This document shows positions 27,866-41,259 of a stretch of 64,000 nt of DNA, piece after piece; position 1 is the first letter of the stretch; each line of letters begins with the position of its first letter. A program made the translations under genes and the position numbers. The notes beneath the pieces are model-generated. The model saw only the letters and a program-made list of their open reading frames with translations. It did not search any database and was not told the origin of the DNA. This stretch comes from Euprymna scolopes (lineage: Eukaryota), in the NCBI GenBank assembly GCA_053919585.1, contig CM132788.1, one strand, 5' to 3'.

Positions 27866-28503
27866 CAGGGTTGAAGGATAAAATTATTGCCTTAAAGAAA
27901 ATACCACCACAATTTTATTTTAAAACATTTATTGAAAATAATCAATTCAGATGTATCAATTATATAGTAAAACTGACATCTATTTAATATAGCAACCTCC
28001 GCATCCATAACAGCATCGATGTATGACCAAACCAAGTGATTCAGCGGGTTCAGGTCGGGATGGGGGGGCATTAAGAGAAGATTACAAAGTCATAGCACTA
28101 CTTCTGTAGTTAAGCCTGGATTTCCTGATTTGTGGACCGGTGCCACCTCCAGCTGCAACAGCCAGGGTTTGCCAGCGGCATCGGCGGATCCCCACACTCT
28201 TTAGTACATCCAGGCACACTTTGGTGTTAAATATGAAGTGGACTTCGAAAATGTGAGGTGATGTGATACAAACGTCACTTGAAGCCACACCAAAGACCAT
28301 AACTGTGGCCGAGATATTTTCATCACTCGTGACACGTCCCTGCTCTTACTGGCAATGCGGCGATAGATTTTGAAGTTGATGGAAATGGTTCTGTTGCCAT
28401 AACTTGGATAAGTAGGAAGAATAATTTGTATAGCGATCTCGATCACACACGATAAAAGGCTTCTATCGCTCTTGGGATTTGTACACAGCTGGCCAGCTAG
28501 TAG
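27866..28503 (-). mobile_element. Decayed DD37D/maT-like Tc1/mariner remnant
   Basis: ORF 28082..28300 MVFGVASSD..SPHIFEV..VCLDVLKSV. Terminus TA-CAGGG at 27864-27870. Homologous to 3939-4715. Confidence 0.7.
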
Positions 28504-28976
28504 ATGATAATAGGAATTATCGTGTTTTATGTAGATGTAATATTTTTCGTNNNNNNNNNNNNNNNNNNNNNNNNNNNNNNNNNNNNNNNNNNNNNNNNNN
28601 NNNNNNNNNNNNNNNNNNNNNNNNNNNNNNNNNNNNNNNNNNNNNNNNNNNNNNNNNNNNNNNNNNNNNNNNNNNNNNNNNNNNNNNNNNNNNNNNNNNN
28701 NNNNNNNNNNNNNNNNNNNNNNNAGTAAAAAGTGCTCAATATGTTATATATATGTGTGTGTATATATATATATATATTAAATGGAAGCTACGTATCAAAT
28801 TATCTGAGAAACAGTTGCCCTACGGTAAATAAATGTGTGAAAGAAAACTCTGATTGCCTGAGTAGCCAACAAGGTAGAATCATAATAGTATACACATGAA
28901 GCAAAACGTGTTAAAACCTGAAGAATCTGCCCGACGAGGAGACCCGAAAAGTATCAGATTTTTTTTGCAAACCGCA

Positions 28977-29011
<35 letters not shown>

Positions 29012-29104
29012 AACACGCACATGCACACACACATATAGACATACAAATATATTCATATATAAATTATATCCGTGTATATTTTTGTATAGACATATAATCC
29101 ATGC

Positions 29105-29137
<33 letters not shown>

Positions 29138-29141
29138 AATG

Positions 29142-29184
<43 letters not shown>

Positions 29185-29808
29185 GTTTATTTCAGTGGAT
29201 ATAACTTTCCTCCTCCCTTCTTGATTTCCTAGATTAGTTTCACGCTGGTATGATTTTTTTGTAATTGATTGGATTATCTAAATTAATTACAAACCCACCC
29301 GCTCTCAGGTGTGTCTACACGAAACATAAAGAACACCAATTGGACAAGGAAAATATATAAATATGTCTAGTTTTTACAAAAAATAAGTATTTGTATTAGT
29401 ATATGAATACACACTCCATAAAATACATATGTTTGTAATTTGATATTCTCATTAATAACGGTAATTGTTTTTTTTTTAAGACAATTTTTGATTCCTGGTT
29501 ATCTGCATTTCATTCCAAAATAACTTATAATTTTATAATTAATTGAACTTTGGCATCAATATTATTTTTTATAAATTGAATATTAGCAAAAAAACTGGGT
29601 CATGCTCAAATTCTTGACACAATATGCGTGTTTATCTCGAAAGCCGATCATATAGAAACTGGATTGTAATTAATGTTGTTATATTGCAGCCGTGTCTATA
29701 CATTACGGGTAATCCCAATTGTTACTGTCTTATTTGTTAAAATGAGGACCTGTTTGTACACATAAAAATGCACACATCATGATTTGAACAATCTAATTTA
29801 CATTTAAA

Positions 29809-30326
29809 CTAGCAGGCCGAGCGCCGTGCCTCGGCCTGAAATCGACCAAAATATAATGCTCTAACGCATAAAAGAATCGTATTTATTATTATAGAGCCAA
29901 TAGCCTATCAGTTATTACATTGTTTCTATGTAAAATTATTCTTTACAAAATCAAAACCAAATTTGACTTAATCTTCATAATACAGAAATGGATCCTAAAG
30001 ATGTAACTCTTTAGACATCTTCCTTATAGTGTCAGCCAATCACATAATATTCTAATAAAAAAAAGTTTGTTGAAGATACATATGTATATTTTCACATGCG
30101 TGAGAATAACCCGTTTATTAGAGTTAGGTCTGCCAAGTGTTTTATTTTAATTTTGAGTCGTTAGTATCTATTTCAATAACAAATGTTAAATCGTTTTTTT
30201 CTCCATAACTAAATCTCCAATATATTGAGTTTTAAGTTTTTAGACCAGGCGTTGATAGGCTCGTTTAGTTAATAAATTCTCACACAGACAGACGTAGAGA
30301 AAATTGAAACGTTGTATACACACACA

Positions 30327-30389
<63 letters not shown>
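29809..30389 (-). mobile_element. Non-autonomous Helitron-like element
   Basis: Plus strand A|CTAG is immediately followed by a perfect 9-bp GC-rich hairpin (caggccgag-8 nt-ctcggcctg). ACAGACAGAC and (TA)n lie near the other end, which finishes GA|T. On the minus strand this is TC...hairpin-CTAG in an AT target. Confidence 0.55.
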
Positions 30390-30390
<1 letters not shown>

Positions 30391-30399
30391 TAGTTTTTT

Positions 30400-31239
30400 T
30401 TTTTGGAAAAAGAATTCCAGCAGAGTGCTCAATTAAAAAGACAATCCAAATTTAAAGAGCGTACTTATATTTTGTGTACAGAAAGTTGTAAGTTGAGACA
30501 GATCATTGGTATCGTCGGTTTCAAGCCCGATAATAAGGCCCGTGTAAGGTATCCTTATCAAGCTCTCTTCAGCCAATATTCGTCTATCTTATAACCGGAA
30601 GTGTGAAGTATATATACCTCGCGAATTCACGTTCAAATCTCGTTTCGTTTAATCCCCCCCCCATTTTTTTATATATGTCGGATAATGTAATACCTAATTT
30701 TCAACTTTGAATTATTTAAATTTAAGATCTAATTTCGAAAAAAAGATTCTTTATATAAATCGATTTTTATTTGAACCCAAATTAATCTTAAAATATCTTT
30801 CCTTATGTATAAAATGCTTTAAAATCTGTATTGGTATCGGTTAAAAACTTAAAAACTCGTTTAATTATATCGAATTACGTTTAAAAAATTCCAAAAATAC
30901 GTTTAAAGTGTAAAAAAAAAAAATTTTTTAATTATATAATAATATATAATAATAACGTTTAAAAATTTTGAAATACGTTTATAAACTTTTTTTAAAAAAC
31001 CCAACTCTTTCAAGGTTTGGGGAAGTGAGTATTTATCTATCCTAAGTGATTTCCCTAATTTATTAACATTATTATATTTTTCTATAGTTTTAAATTCGAA
31101 ATAGGATATAAATTACATTTATAAAATATAAATATTTTTTTTTATAAAATACATTAATAAAAAATCTATAATATAATTGCGATTAAAATCCAAGTTTACC
31201 GACTAATCATGTATGTATTTACAATTTTTTCCTTATTAC

Positions 31240-31305
<66 letters not shown>

Positions 31306-32243
31306 CATCTAAGTGTTGTTCTTTTCATTGATCCAATTTATTAGGAGCCCCTTCCTTCTATGTATGCAACTTTTCAAAGCTTCAATCCTCACATTTAACA
31401 TTTTATTTTTGGGTCATGAATGGCCCGGAGGATGTAGTATTTCTCTGCGTTACAGAGTGAGCATTGACTTAATTCCGGGACGTATGCTGGTTTATGCTCT
31501 ATTTTTCTCCATTTTATGGAAAAGGGTGTATTTTTTCTTTAAGCTCCCACACGCGGGTAGCTAATGCTGTATTCATCCTTGTTTTAGCGCTAAAGGAGCT
31601 CATATGCGCATAATATCTTTGTTTAAATTGGCCTTTTGTCATACCTATATATATTTCCGGTATATTTGTGGATTGTTCCGTTATTGTGGCCTCATAGACA
31701 ACCGATTCAGCTTTACAATTACCCTCCAATGGACAGCTATTTTTGGTCCTGCAAGAACAGCCTGCGTTATCTATCTTTTTTTGGTTCTTTGGATATTATC
31801 GACTTTATCGATGGAGCTGTCGAGTAACTAACTTTCACCGTCTTTCTATTAAAATGTTTATGTATTCTATGTGTTCTTGGAAAATGCTTGTCTAGAAGGC
31901 TAAGAAAAAAAATGCCCTACTCTAGTTTTAGTGTTCAATGAAAACGGAAGTAAGAACCATATTATCTTCCGTTTCCTCTTTCGTTTTTTATTTTCTCTAT
32001 TATCCTGGGTTTGTTGAAATTTTATGTTTTATTTGAACCCACTTCTATGCAGTGCTTCATTATAATATGGTGCTGCTTTCTCGAACACTTCAGCGTTCGA
32101 AGAAAGCCGTGAAATCCTTTGGCTAATGTTCGCTACCAGATTTTAAACACTGCGGGTGGGTGGCATGAACCCTTATTTATATACATAAGTTTTTCATTTA
32201 GTTCGTGGAAGGGTTTGTGTATTTTCTTCTCGAGATCTAGAGT

Positions 32244-32246
<3 letters not shown>
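30400..32246 (-). mobile_element. 5'-truncated Penelope-like retroelement (RT thumb + GIY-YIG endonuclease + AT-rich 3' region with pLTR)
   Basis: Minus-strand fragments: TLDLEKKIHKPF..YINKGSCHPP, RKRKIIWF..PFS..VG..FLSLLDKHFP..FNRKTVKVSYS, and CSCRTKNSCPLEGNCKAESVVYEATI..YIGMT..FKQRYYAHMSSF (GIY-YIG). Confidence 0.9.
30505..30577 (-). ncRNA. Type I hammerhead ribozyme motif in the Penelope 3' repeat
   Basis: AUUGG-CUGAAGA-GAGCUUGAUAA..UUAUCGGGCUU-GAAA-CCGACGA-UA-CCAAU. 5-bp stem I; one G>A change weakens stem III. Confidence 0.78.

Positions 32247-32247
<1 letters not shown>

Positions 32248-32331
<84 letters not shown>
32248..32331. repeat. Compound (TA)n(GA)n microsatellite; representative of dozens of (TA)n/(CA)n tracts across the window
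   Basis: Directly visible. Similar tracts at 7468, 11275, 12786, 13704, 16477, 30330, 31245, 35286, 48168, 48668, 61606 and 62492, among others. Confidence 0.95.
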
Positions 32332-32334
<3 letters not shown>

Positions 32335-33149
32335 TGGACACCAGAAAAAGAGAGAGGGAAGAGATTCAGATATGTTTTACTCAATGTATGGTAATCTGCG
32401 TAAAAACAATATTAACCTAAGAATATAATGATGTTATGTTTTAATATTTTGCTAAATTGGATGACGTGAGAGTATTAAAATAGTTTTGTAAGTAAACTTT
32501 GAATATTAAATTAGATTAAGATGATATGTTAAATTTTTGCATAGAATTTGGAGAAAATTATTAGAGATGCCCACCAAGAAGGCTATATCACACTAACACG
32601 TATCGAATAAGTTGAACAAATCTGTTCCAAATACATATAGACTATCCGTAATCCCATTACATCATTCCCTTGAAAGATTAGACGTATTATATATAACATT
32701 TTGTCGAAAATGTAATGATGTATGTCGTGTTTTTTTTCTGGCACGTTTGGAATAGAGCTTGGCTTTTAGAGTCTCACAGTGTAAAATATCTTATCTTCCT
32801 AATAATTAGTGCTTAGTAATTATAACGTTTCAATGTGTATTTTGCTCTGATTCATTAAGCCGGAATAAAAACGAGGCAGCGGATATATATTGTATGGTAA
32901 AATCGTATGTATCATTGTATTATAATCTGAATGTCTACGGTACTGAGGATATTACCTTGAACTTAATTTGCTCGTGCATACCTGTATTATACCCCAGGTA
33001 ATTCTAGCGTGCAGTTGATTCTAATGGTGAATTGCAGTGCGCAGAGTACTGCCCCCGCCCTTTAAAACCGTGGCTAGTCCGGCGTAGCCCAGCAAGGTGA
33101 GACGGTGACAGCAAGGTTGTCAGGAGTTTGGTAGATTTCTAAAAGGTCA

Positions 33150-33313
33150 AATCGTTGAAGTTTGACCCCTTAACAAATAAATTTTGGCGGAAAATCGATC
33201 AAATAGATTGTCCCAAACTTCAGTACCCTCCCTGTATATCAAATTTCGAATCTGTAGACTAAAAATTGACAGAGTTATTGCGTAGGGAAATGTACACAAA
33301 CACACAGACAGAC
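33150..33313 (-). mobile_element. Helitron/DINE-like short repeat fragment, homologous to 49574-49720
   Basis: The reverse complement of 33241-33313 (gtctgtctgtgtgtttgtgtacatttccctacgcaataactctgtcaatttttagtctacagattcgaaattt) aligns with ~49601-49670. Confidence 0.5.
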
Positions 33314-33515
33314 NNNNNNNNNNNNNNNNNNNNNNNNNNNNNNNNNNNNNNNNNNNNNNNNNNNNNNNNNNNNNNNNNNNNNNNNNNNNNNNNNNNNNNN
33401 NNNNNNNNNNNNNNNNNNNNNNNNNNNNNNNNNNNNNNNNNNNNNNNNNGGCTCTACGGAGTAATCATTTTATAACCTATTACGTAAATATGATTTTCGT
33501 CTTTTTATATAGCAG

Positions 33516-33716
33516 ATGGTTTCCGTGTCTTCTGGAAAAAGGGCCAAATGATCATCTCTGTTGATACCGGCATCATCAGCAATGACCCTCGTATCAGTGT
33601 AGACAGCGATTTTAGCTTGACGATTAAAGATGTCGAATTAAAAGATGAAGATAACTATGAATGTCAACTTTCCACGACGCCAATGTTACAGCATTTCACA
33701 AATCTTATCGTCACGG
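33516..33716 (+). CDS. Ig-superfamily cell adhesion protein, exon encoding C-terminal part of Ig domain 1
   Basis: Polypyrimidine tract + tagcag acceptor. Encodes GFRVFWKKG..DPRISVDSDFSLTIKDVELKDEDNYECQLST..LIVT. Donor gtaagt at 33717; phase 1-1. Confidence 0.92.
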
Positions 33717-34219
33717 GTAAGTACGTCTTATAAAACCAAATGTATTCTTAATAAATATTTCATCTGCTTGAATTACATGCAACAATTGTCATTGTGCGTC
33801 AATGTAATTTTTTGTTTAAATGGGTATACTTCGTCCCATGCTACCTATTCTTACCTGAGTCGATATATCTTTATATCAACAGACTTGTTTCGGTCTAAAG
33901 CGTAACCAGAGTCTAAAAAATGTTACACTCAACATTTATGAATTAACTACACTATGTATTGTAAGAACAATATCCTTTCTAATCCACATTTCTAGATAAC
34001 GTTGAATTCAATAAACGTAAAAAAAAATATCTGTAAAAAACATTCTGCTGGGTATTTCCGGCTTCCATTCTGCCCAAACTTTTAAGTCAGTTTGAAAATA
34101 TTATTACTTTCCTTTGAAAAACAAACCCAGTGCTTGATATTACGTGCTATACGTTCGTGCTATTATTTTATGTTTGTGATTATAGAAAGATAAAATGTTT
34201 CTCCTGTATTTTATTTCAG

Positions 34220-34341
34220 TGCCTCCAAAAGTGAAAATGTCAATGACACCGGGTCCTCACAGCTTGATGCTTGGCGAATACTTTCAGCTTACTTGTGAAG
34301 CAACAGGAAAACCAGATCCGACGCTCACATGGAAAAAGTCG
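34220..34341 (+). CDS. Ig CAM exon, N-terminal half of Ig domain 2
   Basis: tttcag acceptor. Encodes VPPKVKMSMTPGPHSLMLGEYFQLTCEATGKPDPTLTWKKS. Donor gtaagt; phase 1-0. Too short for the ORF track. Confidence 0.93.
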
Positions 34342-35277
34342 GTAAGTTTTTCGTTTTTCATTTCCTTTGATTAAGAGTTTTATCGCTTAGACAATGTTTG
34401 ATCTTTCATTTTTTAAGTTTCAAAAAGGATTCCACATGAGGTTAATGTTGGTTTTACAAGTGAACAAATCTGATTCTTTTTAAATTCCAAACAACTAGTT
34501 AATAACTGTTGACTGATATTAGATCTTCTAAAATATATATATATATATATACGTATTTATACTAATCGTACAGTCAATTTTTTTATAAAAAAGTGTTCTT
34601 CTATAATGCTGTTTCGCTACTATCTGAGGCGTACATTTGAAATATCACATACATTTCCAACTGAACCGATTAATATCTTTTCTAATATGGAAATAACATT
34701 ATTTCATTCTTTGAAGCCAGATGAAACAGATATTTTAATTTTTATCGTTTGCTTTTATCCTCCATAATAATGAGATTTTTTTAAAGAAAGTGTTTCATTT
34801 ACTTATTTCAATGCAAGTAAAAGTAACTAAAAACGGATATAAATTTGCACGGATTGTCCTTGCCAGCCTATAATGTTACTAGATTTGTTCCAACACCTAA
34901 ATTATATTGCTTTTAGACTTTGATTAAAATTATATAGATGCCATAATTAAGACATGATAGAAAAATAGAATCTAACGAAGATGCAGAATCAGTATTACAG
35001 GAAATAAAGATAGTTTAAATAACGGTCATTATGCTATAATTATTATTCAAAATCCGTAATGGCTGATAATTACGCCTCAAAGGTATATATCCGATATTAC
35101 ATAATGCAAAACATAGTAATTATATGTTATTACATACGGAAACTTGTGCATGTAAATCCAAAACTAAACATGAACCTGGCAAAAAATTATGTATGAATTG
35201 TTACAGCGAACAGTCTTGCATGTTACAATGGTTTATATATTTAAAATAAAAATGATCAATCTATGCTTGAAGTACGT

Positions 35278-35348
<71 letters not shown>

Positions 35349-35381
35349 CGATCCAATCTTTTAGAAACGTATGATAGATAC

Positions 35382-35442
<61 letters not shown>

Positions 35443-35738
35443 GCATATATGTATAAATATATATATATATATTGACCTGGTTTATATGCTAATGAATGCA
35501 GTTACAGACTTGTTTATTTAGTGCTTCGANNNNNNNNNNNNNNNNNNNNNNNNNNNNNNNNNNNNNNNNNNNNNNNNNNNNNNNNNNNNNNNNNNNNNNN
35601 NNNNNNNNNNNNNNNNNNNNNNNNNNNNNNNNNNNNNNNNNNNNNNNNNNNNNNNNNNNNNNNNNNNNNNNNNNNNNNNNNNNNNNNNNNNNNNNNNNNN
35701 NNNNNNNNNNNTAATTCTCTTCATAATAAAATCTACAT

Positions 35739-35931
35739 TGTAATAAAAAGAAATAACCGACAAGCGAAGAATCATCTCCACTTGATCGACAAGAAAAAAG
35801 GGACGGCTTTCAAGATGGTTGACACAGCATTTCACATAATCTGTTGCTCTAATGTTTTACAATTTTTCTGTTTAAAAGAATAAATAATTTGGTACCAAAA
35901 CGATGTCGTCTTGTAATTCCCAGATATAACA
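35739..35931 (+). repeat. 5' LTR
   Basis: TGTAATA...ATAACA with internal AATAAA. About 85% identical by eye to 39140-39332. Confidence 0.88.
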
Positions 35932-38900
35932 ATCAGTTTTATTCCGTGACGACGTAACAGATTTTCCGCGAGGATGATAGTAACTTGGATTAAAAAAATA
36001 GTAAACGCGACCTGGTCGGACGAACCACATGATGCCTTAGATAAAAATATCCAACGGACTTGTCTTTTCGGAAAAAAAACCCTTTTGTGCACAGCACAAA
36101 GACAAACGAAAACACTTGCATTAGTCGTTCGTCATGGTACCGAATTTACTGGAAAGGATACTTAGTAGCCAGCAAGAACAATTTCTTGAGGCACAAAACA
36201 ATAGAAAAATTAAAATGTCCATTTTAGACACAATTCCTTTTTCACCTTTAGCTCCTTTGATAATATTATAAAATTCAATCCGGAATTAAAATAGATATTT
36301 TCCATTTGGTTCAACCGATGGAAAATATGTTTAAAAATGATTTTAAAGGAAACACCGATGACTGGAAAAGACGGTTATTGCTTAGAAAACAGGGTTTTAT
36401 TGAACATCAACGTTATGTAAACTTCATTCTACTAAATTAACCAGAAAATGTCGTATTTGACGAAAGAGTAGCCCAGTTAACGGACATTTTTGGTGAGCCA
36501 TCATCATTGTTTCTTACAAAGTAGATAAATAAGGGATATGCTATGTTTCTGATTCATGAATCGTGAATCATCTTGGTTTGAATTTCATCGAGGAAATTCA
36601 TCCTTTCAATGTTCATCTAAATAGAATGTTCCTTTCTTTCAATGTTAATGCTGCAGCAGATGTTGAAACATACTTTAAGAAAAATTTTTAAACAAAGTTC
36701 AGCAACAGCTTACAAGAAGGACTTGGATGCTGTACGAAACTCACCGCCACTTTAAAACTATAATCTGATGCAAAGCCAGTGTTACACCAAGCGTCCTTTA
36801 CCATACGCACTTTTAGCTACAGTGGAAAAAATTGGACTGCTTTCAAAAAGCTGGAGTAATCCAACCTACAAATTACTGATCCTGGGCAGCACCTATTGTT
36901 AGTGTGAATAAGGCTAATCGCAAGGTACATATGTTTGCAGATTTTTCCAAAGGATTAAATGATGCCCTGACGCCACACCAGTATCTACTACCTGTACTGG
37001 ATGATTTGTTCTCCGAATTCAGCGGTGGAACTTGGTTTAGAAAAGTAGACCCTTCAGGTGCATATTTCCAAATGGAAGTTGAACAAGATTCCGAAGATCT
37101 TCTCACTATCAACACCCACAAGTGATTATTTCTTTTCGATCGTATTTCTTTTGGAGTCAAGTCAGCCCCGGCCATATTCCAAGAAACCATGGATGCAATG
37201 CTTACATGATTGTCAGGAGTTTCTACCTACATCGATGATATCATCCTTACAGGCACATTTCAAGAGGAACTTCTGCATCACTTGACTTATGTGCTGGATC
37301 GAATTCTACAATAAAGATTCAACTTCAGACCTGACAAATTCAAAGTTTTCCAAACTTCTGTGAAATATATTGGATTTTTATTTTACAACAATGGTCGAAA
37401 ACCAGGTCCAGATAACATTCAAGCCATGAAACACATGCCAACCCTAAGGGAGGTTTCAACTGTACTATCCTTTCTGGGGCTTGCAAGCCATTATTGTTCC
37501 TTTTTACTTAGACTGCACACATTACCTGGACCTCTTTATCATATTTTACGAAAAGATACTAAATGAGACTGGCCAAGTACATGCAAAGAACCATTTGAAA
37601 AATAAAATTACTCCTTTACTCATAACAATTGCTTACACACTATAATCCATCATTAGACATTACTTTTGTAACGGATGCTTCGGACTATGAAGTTGGAGCA
37701 GTAATATTACTATGCTCTAAAAAGATTTCACAAAATGCTATACGGCCCTCATTTCAATTTGATACCATAAGCCTCTTACAAGTCTTTTTGGTTCAAGGAA
37801 ACGAATTCCTGTTTATACAGCAAACCGCTTACAAAGACGTCCTCTTGGATTATGATTTTTCTATAAAATACCAATAAGGCAGCAAAATTGGCAAAGCAGA
37901 TGCGTTATCCAGACGCATCTCCTTTCATCAAAAAGCTGTAGAAAATAGTGTAATCGCGGCTATATATCTGTAGACCCTGAAAATGTTTCTGGACTTGTTT
38001 CCACATTTCGGGCACTACCGGTCACAGATCCACTACTATACAAATTTCTGCACTTTCACTATAGTAGCTAGCCTAAGAAGTGCACTGATCAGCTACAACC
38101 ATTTTTTCAGCGAAGGTCTTTTTTGGCTGAGACTAATGGAATTCTTGTTTTTGTTGAACATATTGTTGTTGCATCTGATCTTCAAAATAGAGTCCTCAGA
38201 AAATTTCGCCAGGGACATCAAGGAATTACTCAGGCGAAAGCCTTGAACCGTGGTTATCTATATTTGCCAAGTAATGACAAAGAATTAGAGAAACTTCTCA
38301 GTAGTTGCTCCAAATGTCAACTAGTTGCAAAATGTCCCCGAAAAGCTATATTACCTTCATTGGCAACTCCAGAAATTTCTTGGTCACGACTGCACATTAG
38401 TTTTGCAGTACCAATAAATGGAAAAAATTATCTCGTCCTTGGTGATTCTTACACCTGCAATCTACACCTTTCCATCCTCAACAAAATAGACAAGCAGAAT
38501 TGTTTGTGGACACTTTCAAGAGAGCACTCTTGAAATTAAAAGGGATAAGGAACTACTCAAACAATAATACAAATATTTTTAACAAGCTACAGATCTACCC
38601 AAATTCGAGATTCTCCAAATTCCAGATTTTCCAAATGGAAAGGTCCTTCTCATGAATAGGAATCTACGTTTACCAATTGCTGCTATTCGCTCACTAAAAA
38701 CTAAATTTTCTAGAAGAAACAAAATGGAAGAAACCAGATTAATTGCCATCATGTAGCAAAACCTCGTAAATTCCTTCCAGGAACACCCGTATTGGCTAAG
38801 AACATCCATAATAGCAAGGAAAAATAGACACAAGGTCGCATAATGTGCCGTTCTGGCAATGTCGTCTATGACGTAGATGTACAATAATCTATTTGGTTTG

Positions 38901-39139
38901 GGCATGCGAATCAGCTTCGTTAGCCATCTTTTGCGACGTTCAAATGCGGCAGCCGTCCCTTTATATGTGTTACTGTACAAATTTGAATTACCCCAAAGTC
39001 TTCCAGATATAAATAATAAACAAAGCAAAGCTCGCATCAATGTGCCAACAAGAAGAACCCAGCGAATTTGTTAGCCAATCCAACTTTACAACTAGATTCA
39101 CATAAAACATCTTACAAGGATCGCATTTCCAAAGGGAGG

Positions 39140-39332
39140 TGTTATAAAAGGAAATAACCGAAAAGCAAAAGTTTATCTCCCCTGGATCGGAAAGCAAAAG
39201 GGGAGGGCTTTCAAGATGGTTGACACATCATTTCACATAATCTGTTGCTCTAACGTTTTACAATATTTCTGTTGAAAACAATAAATAATTTGGTGTCAAA
39301 ATGATGTTTTCTTGTAAACCCCACATTTAACC
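39140..39332 (+). repeat. 3' LTR
   Basis: Starts TGTTATA directly after the polypurine tract. Colinear with the 5' LTR. Confidence 0.88.
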
Positions 39333-40052
39333 ACCAGTTATATTCCATGTCGACATAACATACACAGTTTGCATCAGTAAGAACAACTTCGACTGGTTAA
39401 CGCCCGTCTTACATCTAATATAATTATACAATACATTTGACGGTCCGGTTACTATTGCTTGCATTTTTCTATCAAAAGCATTGTTGTCATAAAAATTAGA
39501 CTTATTTAAACCGTCCAACTATTATGAGTGTAAATAAATTCAGTTATTGCTTTACTTGCAGGCATAGTTTCAAACATGGATCTGTATTTTTAATATTTTT
39601 TGTTTCACTCTAGTATCTATACTATAATGAGTAAATATAATATTACATATTTGACACTACAATAATAAATACGGAATTATTATTAGATTAAATATAATAT
39701 TTCACCGTATATTACGACCTGACAATATCGGGCATTTTGCTATATATAATATAATCATGAAATATATTTACATTAACTCCACTTGAACGAGATTAATTCG
39801 TTCTGTAACGTGGGACCCGTAAATTTTGCAATCGCATTATTACATTTTATACAAAAGCCTTCAAAGAAACAAAAAATAGAAAAGTTGACTCGGGTTTGTA
39901 TTAGTTGTATAAAACGAGAAATGTATTGATGGCACTTTCAATCCACCGCGTTACATATAGTTTTAAACTCTCTATTTTCATATTAACATGTTTACTTTAC
40001 TCCAGTTTACCAGTAGGTTTGTTCGGATTTGTAAATGGAGTGAAAACCATTG

Positions 40053-40105
<53 letters not shown>

Positions 40106-40231
40106 ATGTGTGTGTGTATTATTTTATCATTTGTAGTTTTAACATTTCTTATATTTGTGGGGTTTTGGTAAAAGTAATACACCTTTCTTACTTCTTTATA
40201 TGAAATCATTTGTTTGTTTATACTTATTCAG

Positions 40232-40376
40232 GGCAAAAAGTTTCCAAGTGATCAAATGCCGGGACCAACTCTAACAATTCAGTCTTTATCATACGATGAT
40301 GGTGGGCAATACGAATGCATAGCCGACAACGGGATTGGTGCTCCAGCCGCTGCGTCCGTCAACATTGAAGTCCATT
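40232..40376 (+). CDS. Ig CAM exon, C-terminal half of Ig domain 2
   Basis: ttcag acceptor. Encodes GKKFPSDQMPGPTLTIQSLSYDDGGQYECIADNGIGAPAAASVNIEVH. Donor gtacgt; phase 0-1 matches both neighbouring exons. Confidence 0.93.
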
Positions 40377-41259
40377 GTACGTAAGCCTATATTACATATA
40401 TATTTATTTTTATGTTAAACCGTCTTCACATGGGTTATTGCAATGCGTTAATCGTAATCACATAATGTTTGTTGATAATTGAAAAACAAAACTACGAATT
40501 ACTTCCTCCAAGATAAGGCGGTATTTGATCAGCTTTTCATGCTGAATAAAACGGTCTCTTCTTCATCTTCTATTGACGCCGTTGTAGTCCATCACCTGGG
40601 TTTGCCATGTAGTGCTCATGGCTAAGCATAAAAAAGACCTCAACACACTCTGCATATATCGAATTAGTGATGGCAGCGTGTGTGACGCGAATGTAGAAAA
40701 CGATTACCTGTAAGGTGCGCGTCTACTCTTCTCTCTTAGCTTTGTTTGTCAGTTGGTTGATCGATTATTTCCTCACTCTGACCTCATCTCTTGATCTGCT
40801 TTACAACCCGACATATTTTCCAGATTTCATAATTAAAGACATCTCAACTAGTGATTTTTTTATTAAGAGCTTCACAGAAAATAGTTATTCTCGGTCGGAG
40901 TATGTTTGCGTCAGCAATCGCGTGAGGTGTCGGAAATTTGTTGTTTATATCCCTATCCTAGGAGCCATTCAACAAATAAAGCTGCTGGACGTAAACGTTT
41001 ATACTTGGCTGACGTTATTCACCTAATAGTCCTGGACCTGAACATTGGATTAACAATTTAGGAGACTATCCTACATGAGATGCAAAGTACTGGGGTTGCT
41101 GTATTATTGTTTGAGGCTTCTTGATTTCATATTAGTGGATAATTAATACGGTTTTTCCTTATCATTGCCTACAAAACATGTATTATTCCTTACTTTCTCT
41201 GTGTGCCGTGCTCAAACTAAGTGTCGAACTCTTCCACAAGTGCCAAAATTTCTATCATG

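Larger units (their letters stand above)
35739..39332 (+). mobile_element. Decayed Gypsy/Ty3 LTR retrotransposon (K02A2.6/Mag-like) in an intron
   Basis: Two ~193-bp LTRs and a PPT aaagggagg (39131-39139). Gag remnant DDWKRRLLLRK..YVNFIL..LTDIFGEPSSLF; RT (DFSKGLN, YIDDI); RNase H (VTDASDYEVGAVI); integrase zinc finger (GHQGI..CSKCQ). Confidence 0.92.

Noticed and set aside
28918-28960. CTGAAGA..GAAA hammerhead-like word pair; similar weak cases near 10215-10255 and 46612-46633
   Set aside because: Stems cannot be formed convincingly. Too degenerate to separate from chance without a family consensus.
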